A stretch of DNA of 38,183 nucleotides from Candidatus Zixiibacteriota bacterium (GTDB lineage Bacteria; Zixibacteria; MSB-5A5; UBA10806; 4484-95). Position numbers and translations under genes: made by a program. The notes under the pieces are model-generated. The model did not search any database, had not been told where the DNA came from, and saw only the letters and a list, made by a program, of their open reading frames with translations. Positions within the stretch are counted from its first letter, which is position 1. Every line of letters starts with the position of its first letter. Shown piece by piece: positions 25,482 to 34,874 of this stretch. Location of the stretch: contig JAOZPT010000006.1 of the NCBI GenBank assembly GCA_029932605.1, positions 1 through 38,183 on the forward strand, written 5' to 3'.

Positions 25482-27818
25482 ATGAGCGGAGCTATTGATG
25501 GTATAATATCGGGGTTTAACACCTCCGAAATAATTGATACTATAATGAGATATGAACACCAGCGTGTAGATCTTTATTCGATGAGACAGACTGAGTATAC
25601 TAATAAGCTTACAAGTTGGAAGTCTGTTGAAGCTTTACTAGTGGGGTTCAAACTTCAGGCTTCTTTGTTGTCTAATGAAAGTTTATGGTATGCTAAATCC
25701 GCCAGCTCATCTGATGAAAGCGTGATAATGGTCTCTTCATCGGCCGATGCCACTCCCGGGACATATTTTCTTTCTGTAAACCAACTTGCTACACACCATC
25801 AGGTTGCATGCCAAGGGATCGGTTCGCTTACGCAAAGTTTAGGTTCTGGAACAATCAGTATACAGGTTGGAAGTGTAAGCCCCACGATTATAACAGTGGA
25901 TAGCAGTAATAATACATTATCGGCTTTAAAAGATGCTATCAATGATTCTGATGCCGGCGTTACAGCAGCGGTAATCAATGATGGTTCTTATCATAATCCT
26001 TATCGTTTGGTGTTAACGGCTAAGGATCCAGGTGCTGATAGCCGGATAACTGTGACCACAAGTTTGAATGGTGGCACCTCTCCAGATTTCTCAACCCCTC
26101 AATTTGACTTGGCCGAGAAGATATCATGGAGCGATGAGGCTACCTCCAACCCGCTTTTAAGTTCCAGTGCCAGTTATACCGGTATGGTAAACAAAACCTA
26201 TACATTTACAGTGGGGGGAACAGGGTTGCAGACTGTTGGAAACGGTGATATAGAGGTGAACTGGACTGATGGAACCAATAGTGGCACGATAACTGTTTCA
26301 GCAGCTGATACCGATATCGCTTTGACTGGTGATGGAGCTGATGGATTAGTTGTATCTTTTTCCACCGGAGACCTGCAAGCTGGGGATTCTTTTCAGATAC
26401 AGGCTTTTGCCCCGACCATCCAGAATAGTCAGGATGCAATTGTTCAACTGGGAAGCTCTGAAAACGGAGGTTCACCAATTTTAATGTATTCATCAAGCAA
26501 TACTATAACCGATCTCATTGAGGGAGTAACTCTCGAGTTGAGGTCTACAAGTAACGGTGAACCGGTTGAGATAATCATATCGGAGGACCGCTCACAGATA
26601 AAATCACAGATTCGTGAGTTTGTTAACAAATTTAATGAATATCAGGATTTTGTCGATTCTCAGTTTTCATATGAGCTTGAGAGCAACCAGGCGGGAGTCC
26701 TTTTAGGAGATGTGTCATTGATGATGTTACATAACGACTTGAGGTCAACGATAAGCAGTATCGTTGAGGGACGTCCCGATACGATGAAAATGCTTTCCCA
26801 GGCAGGCATCAAGTTCGACTCAAACGGAAAATTAACATTTGATGAATCTATTTTTAATCAGAAGATCGAAGATAATTACAATGATTTAGTAAGACTATTT
26901 AAGTCGAGTGGAACCACCAACAATGCTCTTATCGAATATGTTTCCTCATCTGCCAGCACAAAAGTATCAACAACCGGTTACCAGGTTGATATTACTCAGG
27001 CTGCAACACGAGGTTCGTTTGTTGGAACCAGCATCACCGACCCTTCTGACGGTGGTTTAACTCTGGATTCATCAAACAATATAATAAAGGTCACAGTAAA
27101 TGGTATCGTAAGCGGTGAGATCGCTCTCACTCAGAAAACCTATACATCCGGTGATGAGCTTGCCCAGGAGATTGAGGATGCCATAAACAGTGATTCAAAT
27201 CTTTCGGGTATCGGTGTTGATGTTGAATGGGTTGATAATGAGAATACGGGTAATTTCGTGATATATACAAGAACCTATGGTTCAAATTCGACTGTTACTT
27301 TTGATTCTGCTCCGGAAAACAGCGCCCATGGTATTTTAGGATTTAGCGGGGGAGTTGCTGCCACCGGTCAGGATGTCCAGGGCACTATAAATGGCGAAGA
27401 GGCTACGGGTGTAGGACAATTTTTAACTGGTAATGACGGTAATGAAAATACTGCCGGTTTGAAATTATTGATAACGATTTCTCCTGATCAGCTGGTTGAT
27501 GGTGCTGAAGGAATCGTTTATTTCAATAAGGGAATTGCCGAAATTCTTGATGAAAAGATCTCTTTGTATATTGACCCTCATGATGGAACAATCAAGGGTA
27601 AGAAAGATGCTTTACAGAATCAGATTGATAATGTAGCCGAGCATATTGAATCAATGGAAGAACAACTTGAAAGAAAGCGTATTTCTTTATACCAACAGTT
27701 TATTGCTATGGAGGATGCGCTGGCTAAACTTCAAACGCAACAGCAATTTTTAACAGCTCAGATAAATAATTTAAACCAGATTAACCAGATGATATCGTCG
27801 ATGAATACGAACAACTAA
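25482..27818 (+). CDS. fliD: flagellar filament cap protein FliD
   Basis: GIISGFNTSEIIDTIM, VNQLA, LKDAINDSDAGVTAAVIND, SNTITDLIEGVTLEL, FVNKFN, QFIAMEDAL; followed by fliS. Confidence 0.95.
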   Translation: MSGAIDGIISGFNTSEIIDTIMRYEHQRVDLYSMRQTEYTNKLTSWKSVEALLVGFKLQASLLSNESLWYAKSASSSDESVIMVSSSADATPGTYFLSVNQLATHHQVACQGIGSLTQSLGSGTISIQVGSVSPTIITVDSSNNTLSALKDAINDSDAGVTAAVINDGSYHNPYRLVLTAKDPGADSRITVTTSLNGGTSPDFSTPQFDLAEKISWSDEATSNPLLSSSASYTGMVNKTYTFTVGGTGLQTVGNGDIEVNWTDGTNSGTITVSAADTDIALTGDGADGLVVSFSTGDLQAGDSFQIQAFAPTIQNSQDAIVQLGSSENGGSPILMYSSSNTITDLIEGVTLELRSTSNGEPVEIIISEDRSQIKSQIREFVNKFNEYQDFVDSQFSYELESNQAGVLLGDVSLMMLHNDLRSTISSIVEGRPDTMKMLSQAGIKFDSNGKLTFDESIFNQKIEDNYNDLVRLFKSSGTTNNALIEYVSSSASTKVSTTGYQVDITQAATRGSFVGTSITDPSDGGLTLDSSNNIIKVTVNGIVSGEIALTQKTYTSGDELAQEIEDAINSDSNLSGIGVDVEWVDNENTGNFVIYTRTYGSNSTVTFDSAPENSAHGILGFSGGVAATGQDVQGTINGEEATGVGQFLTGNDGNENTAGLKLLITISPDQLVDGAEGIVYFNKGIAEILDEKISLYIDPHDGTIKGKKDALQNQIDNVAEHIESMEEQLERKRISLYQQFIAMEDALAKLQTQQQFLTAQINNLNQINQMISSMNTNN

Positions 27819-27827
27819 AGGGAACTT

Positions 27828-28262
27828 ATGAATAACCATTTAAGAACATACCAGCAGATGCATATCTCCGGTCTCAACCAAAAGGAGCTTATTGTTATTT
27901 TATATTCCGGAGCCTTGAGATTTATTGAAGAAGGAAGAGTATTGATTTTGAAAAAAGACGTACCCGGGACACATGAAAAATTGAGTAAAGCCAGGAACAT
28001 TTTTATTCATCTTCTATCGACTTTAGATATGGAAACTGGAGGTGAGTTTGCTATAAAACTGTCGTCATTGTATGCTTATTTTATCGAAAAAATTACAATG
28101 GCTAATGCTACGAAGAATGTTGAGGAGTTAGATGAGATAGTCCCTTTTATTAAAGATATCAAGGAAGCCTGGGAAAAGATAGATATTGATGGTGAAGATA
28201 TTCCAGAAAGTAAAAAGATGTCGAGGATGGAACCGGTGCAGGTTTTTTCAGCAGAGGCATAG
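27828..28262 (+). CDS. fliS: flagellin chaperone FliS
   Basis: LIVILYSGALRF, KA.NI..HL.STLDME.GGE.A..L.SLY.Y, IKEAW. Confidence 0.95.
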   Translation: MNNHLRTYQQMHISGLNQKELIVILYSGALRFIEEGRVLILKKDVPGTHEKLSKARNIFIHLLSTLDMETGGEFAIKLSSLYAYFIEKITMANATKNVEELDEIVPFIKDIKEAWEKIDIDGEDIPESKKMSRMEPVQVFSAEA

Positions 28263-28679
28263 ATGTTTGAAAATGGCGTTGAAATAGAAAAGGTTCTCAA
28301 AGATAAGCTTGACATATGTTTTAAACTTCGCTTGACTTTGAAAGATATTATTAACAATCGTCGGGGTAGTGTCTGGGCTATAGAACAAGTGAATGACATC
28401 AGCAGGTATATTGATAGTATCAAGAGATTGGATGAGAGCTTGATTGGGATTGAAAGATGTAATTTTAATTTAAGCCTAAAAACCAAGATTTTATCTTATC
28501 TTGTTAATATCGAAAAGACCATGCTTGAGATAAAACATCTTCTTTATTTATTTCAGACAAGGTTAACAGGTGGTAAAGAGCTGGTTTCCAAGGAAATTAA
28601 AAACATCTTAAATGGTATGGAGATAAAAAGTTATCTGCATTATTCCAGGGTTGTTCCGTCAACGGAAGTTTGCCTTTAG
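28263..28679 (+). CDS. hypothetical helical protein (FliT position)
   Basis: ATG immediately after the fliS stop; helical composition; no specific motif. Confidence 0.55.
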   Translation: MFENGVEIEKVLKDKLDICFKLRLTLKDIINNRRGSVWAIEQVNDISRYIDSIKRLDESLIGIERCNFNLSLKTKILSYLVNIEKTMLEIKHLLYLFQTRLTGGKELVSKEIKNILNGMEIKSYLHYSRVVPSTEVCL

Positions 28680-28707
28680 TAAAGTTAAAAGTCGTTAATT
28701 CCGATAC
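28680..28707 (+). promoter_or_regulatory. putative sigma28 promoter of flgM
   Basis: TAAAGTTA(28680-87)-N12-TCCGATAC(28700-07) vs TAAAGTTT-N11-GCCGATAA. Confidence 0.6.
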
Positions 28708-28726
28708 TAACATATAGGGGTAATAT

Positions 28727-29107
28727 ATGAAAATCGAGTCAATTGGACCTCTAAATCAGCCAGATCCAAAAGGTAAAAGTGGCAGAAACTTTTTGCGCCA
28801 GGATGGTATTGCCAAAAAACACAGACAGTATACGGACAGAATAGAACTGGGCGAGGATGTAATTTCAACTGAAAAGGATGGCTATGATGGCAGTTTTAAA
28901 AAGACACCAGTTAATTATACATATGGTAAGGACTTAAAAAGAACAATCAATTCGAATTTAAACAGAAAGATTCTATCCAAACCACCTGAATTACGTCATG
29001 AAAAAATTACAGAGGTTAAAAATAAAATTGCTAGGGGTTTTTATGATAATCCAGATAATTTCGCCTCTATTGCGGATAAGATAATTGACTATTATTTGAA
29101 TCCTTAA
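28727..29107 (+). CDS. flgM: anti-sigma28 factor FlgM
   Basis: MKI start, DRIEL motif, C-terminal RHEKITEVKNKIARGFYD...IADKII typical of FlgM. Confidence 0.78.
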   Translation: MKIESIGPLNQPDPKGKSGRNFLRQDGIAKKHRQYTDRIELGEDVISTEKDGYDGSFKKTPVNYTYGKDLKRTINSNLNRKILSKPPELRHEKITEVKNKIARGFYDNPDNFASIADKIIDYYLNP

Positions 29108-29142
29108 GTATTAATTTTTGTAATTGCCAGGGGTTTTTCTTT

Positions 29143-30042
29143 ATGCCTGAAATAGATACCTCCACTGATAAAAAAATTAGACTAATTGTTAATCGTATAC
29201 ATAACCTGCCAACACCGCCAATGGTTTTTACCCAGGTGAATAAGGTGATAAACGACCCTAACGCTTCTACCTACCAGATAGGGGTGATAATTTCGGAAGA
29301 CCCCGCGCTCTCAGCAAAGGTCTTGAAACTGACGAATTCGGCTTTTTACGGAATACCACGCACCATAACCAGCGTCAAACAGGCAATAGTCATCCTGGGC
29401 TTGGATGTGGTTCGCAGTTTGGTTCTATCGGCCTCCGTTTTCGAGATTTTTTCAAAACAATATAGTGTTGACAGGGACTATCTGGACTCTTTCTGGCGCC
29501 ACTCTCTCTCGGTTGCGTTTATGGCGCGAATCATATCGAGAATGAAAAATCTGCCCTCTGTTTTAGAAGCGGAGGAGTCTTTTTCTGCTGGGCTTTTACA
29601 TGATATAGGCAAGTTGATCATATTTACTCATCTTTTCGAGGACTTTAAAAAAATACAAAAAACTATAAAGGAAAATCCTGGACGACCAGATAACGAGATT
29701 GAAGAGGAAATTCTTGGGTTTGACCATGCTTTAGTGGGTAGTTATCTCGCCCAAAAATGGAACCTTCCAGAAGAACTTGTAGGTGCCATCAAATACCATC
29801 ATAATCCTGAGGAAGATCCTGATAGTTCTACCACTCATATTATTAATGTTTCAAACTACCTCTGCCTAAAATCTGAAGAATCTGGAGATTTGAAAACCAA
29901 GAGTGATAGAAAAGCTGTGTTATGTCAGTTGTCATGGGATAGGCTTGGCCTTGATACTGAGCGGGAGAAGCAGTTAATTCAGCTCTTACAAGATGAGTAT
30001 GCAAAAGCTGAAACATTTTTGAAAATGGCTCAAGGCGATTGA
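29143..30042 (+). CDS. HDOD-domain protein
   Basis: LPTPP, DPALSAKVLKLTNSAFYG, FWRHS, AGLLHDIGK, DHA.VG..LA.KW.LP, YHH. Confidence 0.95.
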   Translation: MPEIDTSTDKKIRLIVNRIHNLPTPPMVFTQVNKVINDPNASTYQIGVIISEDPALSAKVLKLTNSAFYGIPRTITSVKQAIVILGLDVVRSLVLSASVFEIFSKQYSVDRDYLDSFWRHSLSVAFMARIISRMKNLPSVLEAEESFSAGLLHDIGKLIIFTHLFEDFKKIQKTIKENPGRPDNEIEEEILGFDHALVGSYLAQKWNLPEELVGAIKYHHNPEEDPDSSTTHIINVSNYLCLKSEESGDLKTKSDRKAVLCQLSWDRLGLDTEREKQLIQLLQDEYAKAETFLKMAQGD

Positions 30043-30422
30043 TGTCACCTCAGATAACCGAACTTCAAAAACGTAAAATAAAAGAGATGGTTGACGAGAT
30101 AATTGTCGGCCGTGGCATGCTGGCGATTGCCGACCGGCAGACCGATGTTGACGGTATGAATATCGACCAGTTAAGCCGTCTGGCTTTTAAGTATTATAAG
30201 ATGATATACCTTGGCAAAAACCCACTTGATATCGATGTTTCTGGGAATCGAATACATTATACCAGAAATCATCACTCAGAGAGAAAAAAAGGGCGATTTT
30301 GTATTGGCTGTGACCAACTTCTTACCAATGATGACATAGAGAAGGGAATGCCAGTTTGTAGCTTATGCCGCACGAAACTTAAAGCCGATTATGAGATGTT
30401 GAAAAAAATACTTGATTTGTAA
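30042..30422 (+). CDS. hypothetical protein with C-terminal C4 zinc-finger motif
   Basis: CIGC-x15-CSLC; ATG overlaps the HDOD stop (TGATG). Confidence 0.65.
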   Translation: MSPQITELQKRKIKEMVDEIIVGRGMLAIADRQTDVDGMNIDQLSRLAFKYYKMIYLGKNPLDIDVSGNRIHYTRNHHSERKKGRFCIGCDQLLTNDDIEKGMPVCSLCRTKLKADYEMLKKILDL

Positions 30423-30728
30423 TATCTTTTCGAAACTGTTTAAATAGATTTTAAAATTATACTAGCTATCTTTTGATTTATAAGTCCTGGGAGAAGGATT
30501 ATGTTATTGAACAGGTTTGTTTGGAAATAGGTTTGATAAAGATAGCCAGCGCCTATTAATCAATATTTAAATTGATCTTAATTTTCTTGACCCCAATCTT
30601 AGATAATATTGAATAACTGTTGACAGAAAGCGATTTTTTTTATGTTAAATTGGAGAATTCAAGAACTTATAAGTTAATTCTTTTAACAAACGTTGTAAGT
30701 TTTATGTTCAAACAACGAGGAGGAACAA

Positions 30729-31733
30729 ATGAAAAGAATGGGTTTAATTTTGTTCACATCGTTTTGTCTTACGGCTGTCAGCTTTGCCCAGGCGCCCCAG
30801 ATTGTTTCGGTTACACCGATACAGAATGAGCTGAATGTGCCGGTTTCAACCAACATATCAGCGACCTTCAATATTGATATGGATGAAACAACCATCAACG
30901 ACACTACTTTTGTAGTAAATGCCATGTCTACAGGGCTTCACGAAGGCGTGATTACCTACAACAGTCTGACTAAAACTGCAACATTTGACCCCATGGAAGA
31001 TTTCGAGGAAGGTGAAGTTGTAACCGTGGTGCTAACCACTGGGATAAAGTCATATCAGGGAGTTCCTCTGGATAACAGCTATATCTGGTCTTTTACCACT
31101 TTGGTAGATGATGGAACTGCCACTTTTGAAACTCACTCAATCTATACAGCGGGTGATAGTCCCTGGTCCATTTGTGCGGCTGATTTTGATGGTGACGGTG
31201 ACATAGACATATCAACAGCAAATACTTATTCTAATGATGTCTCGGTTTTATTGAACAATGGGGATGGCACCTTTGCACCTCATTCGGTTTATCCAGTCGG
31301 TGAGGAGCCTTGGTCGGTTTTTGCCGCTGACATTGATGGCGACGGTGACATTGACCTGGCAACCTCAAATCACGGTTCTGATGATGTTTCTATTTTAGAG
31401 AATATAAGCGAGTTTGGCTGTGATTACACCCCCGGCGACATCAATGGTGATGACAACGTGATGGGTAACGATGTTACATATGGTGTGCGCTATTTCAAGG
31501 GGCTTGGTAATCCCCCTCCTGACTCATGCTGGAACGATTCAACCGGAAGCTGGCTTTATTCAGCTGGTGATGCGAACGGTAGCTGCACCTTCACAGGCTC
31601 CGATGTGACCTTCTTGGTTGGATATTTCAAGGGCTACAATCCTGAGATATCATGGTGTCCGCAGACACCGCCTGTAGGTGGATTGTTATTAAGAGAGAAA
31701 GGTAATAAAACACCATCTATAATACATAAATAG
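30729..31733 (+). CDS. secreted protein: Ig-like (SbsA/Big_5-like) + two FG-GAP/VCBS repeats + dockerin-like domain
   Basis: signal peptide; PQIVSVTP...ISATFN..MD...WSFTT; two AADxDGDGDID repeats; paired GDINGD...DVTY / GDANG...DVTFLV; SD GAGGAGG. Confidence 0.85.
   Translation: MKRMGLILFTSFCLTAVSFAQAPQIVSVTPIQNELNVPVSTNISATFNIDMDETTINDTTFVVNAMSTGLHEGVITYNSLTKTATFDPMEDFEEGEVVTVVLTTGIKSYQGVPLDNSYIWSFTTLVDDGTATFETHSIYTAGDSPWSICAADFDGDGDIDISTANTYSNDVSVLLNNGDGTFAPHSVYPVGEEPWSVFAADIDGDGDIDLATSNHGSDDVSILENISEFGCDYTPGDINGDDNVMGNDVTYGVRYFKGLGNPPPDSCWNDSTGSWLYSAGDANGSCTFTGSDVTFLVGYFKGYNPEISWCPQTPPVGGLLLREKGNKTPSIIHK
31105..31404 (+). repeat. two intragenic FG-GAP-like repeats of about 49 codons
   Basis: HSIYTAGDSPWSICAADFDGDGDID / HSVYPVGEEPWSVFAADIDGDGDID, also visible at the DNA level. 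Confidence 0.75.
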
Positions 31734-31856
31734 TAACATAAACGTTTTACACCTGAATGTTAAAGGTGGTTAAAATGCCGACTTTTTTCCCTTTGTTCTA
31801 AGATAACCTAACAAGCTTAATTATAATATATCTATTTATTAATTTCTTATAAATAC

Positions 31857-31885
31857 TTGACAAAAAATATATGTTGGTATAAAAC
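31857..31885 (+). promoter_or_regulatory. possible sigma70-type promoter
   Basis: TTGACA(31857-62) followed by TGGTATAAA (extended -10; 15-bp spacer) or TAAAAC (17-bp spacer). Confidence 0.4.
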
Positions 31886-31957
31886 ATTGGTGTAGGTGAG
31901 ATATATGCTGGATGTTTTATTAGTATCGTTTTGGTGGTGGCAATTATGGTGTAGCCT

Positions 31958-34768
31958 ATGATAAAAAAGTTATGGTTTTGTTTCTTTTTGACAACATCTA
32001 TAGCTGCCGGCTCGCCAAATCTGGTGGTTTTTGACCTTGATGATGCCCGTATTATATCTACCAGGGTAGAGATAAGGGTCATACAAAAATTCGAGGGATA
32101 TGCTCTGGCGGTAGTTGATGATGATGCTCTCGATTCATTGAATCAAACAGTTGATAATATCATAGTGGTTGATGGGGACTATTCAGCGGGTTCATACTGG
32201 CTGGAGCATCGACAATGGGGATTGAAAGATTTTAATAAGGCTGTTGTTGATGTTGTATTCCAGACAGAATATTTTCGTGTTTTTAAAGCTCTGCCTGACG
32301 AGGTGGAAAACCTTCGCCGGAAGGGATTGATTATCACAGCCATTAGTGATACATCGCTTCCTCTTAAACCACATGTTAAACATCCTTTAATCGATCCGCC
32401 TGCCCGGACCATGATCAACGATCTGGACAGTTTAGTTGAGCTTGTCTCGACCGATTCTCTTAAATCGTACACCAAACACCTGCAGTATCTCCAGACTAAA
32501 TATAACCTTGCCGATAGCGATCGGGTAATTATCCGGTGGCTGGAAAACAAGTTTTATGATTTTGGCTATGATGAAGTTGAAATTCAATCTGTTGATACGT
32601 CTCTTTGCCCTGCTGTCAATATAATCTGCACCAAAGCGGGGATTATATATCCTGAAAAGCAAATTATCATAGGTAGCTGTTATAATTCAAGTAATGGCTA
32701 TGAAAACAACAACTCAGGTGGCGCTGATAATGGCGCCGGTATTGCCGTAACGCTCGAATTGGCTCGCATATCAGCTAATTATCCTCTGCAAAAGACAGTA
32801 AAATTTGTTTGTTTTTACAATGAAGACCAGAGCTTATATGGTTCGTATTATTATGTTGTTAATACCTGTAACAACGGTGATGATATAGTGCTTATGATAA
32901 ACAACGATATGGCTGGTTCTGTTAATGATAATTACCTTGATTTGAATATTTTTTCTAATGAGGAAGCGAGTGCGTATGGTGATTTGTTGGGCTCGATAGC
33001 CCGGATATATACGTCTCTTTTTCCAATTAGGCATTACAATGTTTTTGGAGGTTCAGAGCATTATTTTTTCCAGCAGTTCGGTTGCCCGGTTATAGATTTA
33101 AAAAAAAGAGATTATTCGCTTCATAATAATTCATCTTGGAATTCACTCGAGGGTTCTAATTTTGATTATATTAATTACGTAACCATTGTTAACTTGGGAG
33201 CCTTATATACAATTAATCATATACCAGGTGCAATCCGGGAATTAACCGCCGTTAATAGAGGCGACGGTTCTTCAATATTACTGAGCTGGGATTCCTCGCC
33301 AGATCCTGAACTTGCATATTACAATGTCTATATTGGTGACCATGTTTCGGATATACGATTAAAATTTTCAGCAACTTCCACTCAGGCTTTAATTGATAGT
33401 TTAAATGAGGGCAAGCTCTATTATTTCGGAGTAACCGCGGTTAATGTCGATGGTTATGAGGGCTTTATTGGTGATATAATCGAGGCTGTTCCCATGGCAG
33501 TTCCACATCGGCCTGATACGCTCATTGTTTCACCATTGTTTGGCGCTATACGAATAGAATGGTATTCTGCACGGGATCTCGATTTTGACCATTATAATCT
33601 TTACCGTGGTGAGGGGGAAAATCATGATTATGCACTTTATGCCCGACTGGAGTCTGACAACTTTTTTATCGATGAGGATGTCAATTCTGGCGTGAAATAT
33701 TATTACCGTGTATCAGCAATGGATACCACCGGCCTGGAGAGTGACCCCTCAAATGCGGATTATTCCTTTCCCGTTACGTTCGATATGGGGATATTGCTCG
33801 TGGATGAGAACGGTTGTGATGGTTATCAGGGCTTTCCTGATGATGTCCAGCAGGATTCGTTTTACCAGGCTATTTCAGCTAACTATATTGTCGAGTTCTA
33901 CGATTACAATGAGAATAACAGCCTGAGGCTGAATGATATTGGTCCATATTCCACTATTGCCTGGTTTGATGAGGATGTCATAAGCCAGAGCCTATATGAC
34001 AATCAGGAAGTATTAGCCCGGTATCTTGACTTTGGTGGTAATTTATTATTTATTGGCTGGCGAGCTTTCAATCCATTTTCTGAATACCCGGTAACTTTTA
34101 GAGAAGCAGACATACCATATCAATACTTTGGTATAAGAAATGTCAGTGCCACAGACACGGTCGATTTTGTTGGCGCTTTGGACGCCGGTCAGTGGCCTGA
34201 TATAATTCCTGATTCATCAAGGGTTCTGTCTATCTGGAATGATGCATTGCCGTTTGTTGAGGTTATAGAGCCAGTTGATGAGAGCGAGGTTATTTATCAT
34301 TATTCATCGCTTAACGGTGATACGCTGGTTGATAATAAGGCTTGCGGTCTGGTTCACCAGGGTGATAATTACAACGTGGTTTACCTGACATTTCCTCTTT
34401 ACCATGCTGGCGAGGGAACAGGCACACAGGTTTTTAAGCAGGTAATGGAGCTTTTCGGCGAGCAAACTGTTTTTATAGGGGGATTGGCTGAAAAACCTGT
34501 TATAGAGAGGATATCACTCGGTCAGAATTTCCCAAATCCTTTTAATAGAGCAACGAATATCTCATACAGAATCAACCAGGCTTGCCAGGTTAATCTATCC
34601 GTGTATAATATACTTGGCCAGAAATTATTTGAGCTTTATGATGGTTTCCAACAACCGGGACGTTATTCGGTCAGTTTCAATTCCGAAGAATTACCATCGG
34701 GAGTATATTTTTACAGGTTATCCGATAGCGAAAGCTCATTTACCCGCCGTATGATTATTTTGCATTGA
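31958..34768 (+). CDS. secreted M28-peptidase-like protein with FN3 domains and a T9SS-type C-terminal sorting domain
   Basis: signal peptide; NIICTKAG..YPEKQIIIG, ADNGAG.AV.LELAR, NNDMAG; two FN3 (LSW...YNVY...YYFGVTAVN; YYYRVSAMD..GLES); QNFPNPFNRATNISY...LPSGVYFYRL. Confidence 0.85.
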   Translation: MIKKLWFCFFLTTSIAAGSPNLVVFDLDDARIISTRVEIRVIQKFEGYALAVVDDDALDSLNQTVDNIIVVDGDYSAGSYWLEHRQWGLKDFNKAVVDVVFQTEYFRVFKALPDEVENLRRKGLIITAISDTSLPLKPHVKHPLIDPPARTMINDLDSLVELVSTDSLKSYTKHLQYLQTKYNLADSDRVIIRWLENKFYDFGYDEVEIQSVDTSLCPAVNIICTKAGIIYPEKQIIIGSCYNSSNGYENNNSGGADNGAGIAVTLELARISANYPLQKTVKFVCFYNEDQSLYGSYYYVVNTCNNGDDIVLMINNDMAGSVNDNYLDLNIFSNEEASAYGDLLGSIARIYTSLFPIRHYNVFGGSEHYFFQQFGCPVIDLKKRDYSLHNNSSWNSLEGSNFDYINYVTIVNLGALYTINHIPGAIRELTAVNRGDGSSILLSWDSSPDPELAYYNVYIGDHVSDIRLKFSATSTQALIDSLNEGKLYYFGVTAVNVDGYEGFIGDIIEAVPMAVPHRPDTLIVSPLFGAIRIEWYSARDLDFDHYNLYRGEGENHDYALYARLESDNFFIDEDVNSGVKYYYRVSAMDTTGLESDPSNADYSFPVTFDMGILLVDENGCDGYQGFPDDVQQDSFYQAISANYIVEFYDYNENNSLRLNDIGPYSTIAWFDEDVISQSLYDNQEVLARYLDFGGNLLFIGWRAFNPFSEYPVTFREADIPYQYFGIRNVSATDTVDFVGALDAGQWPDIIPDSSRVLSIWNDALPFVEVIEPVDESEVIYHYSSLNGDTLVDNKACGLVHQGDNYNVVYLTFPLYHAGEGTGTQVFKQVMELFGEQTVFIGGLAEKPVIERISLGQNFPNPFNRATNISYRINQACQVNLSVYNILGQKLFELYDGFQQPGRYSVSFNSEELPSGVYFYRLSDSESSFTRRMIILH

Positions 34769-34874
34769 TTTTATTTAAAATAAACCTTAAGACAACTTTT
34801 ATCAGGCAGAACTGACACCCCCGTATTTTTTATATTGGATAGAGGCAAACTCTATCCCTAAATTGGTTTTATTG

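Noticed and set aside
28260..28265. Stop immediately followed by an in-frame ATG (fliS/next ORF; also 36885-36890)
   Set aside because: Both upstream proteins are complete; ordinary tight operon packing rather than split genes
30620..30829. 69-aa TTG-start ORF overlapping the secreted protein gene
   Set aside because: No SD, lies in a probable promoter region, and overlaps a gene with a strong SD
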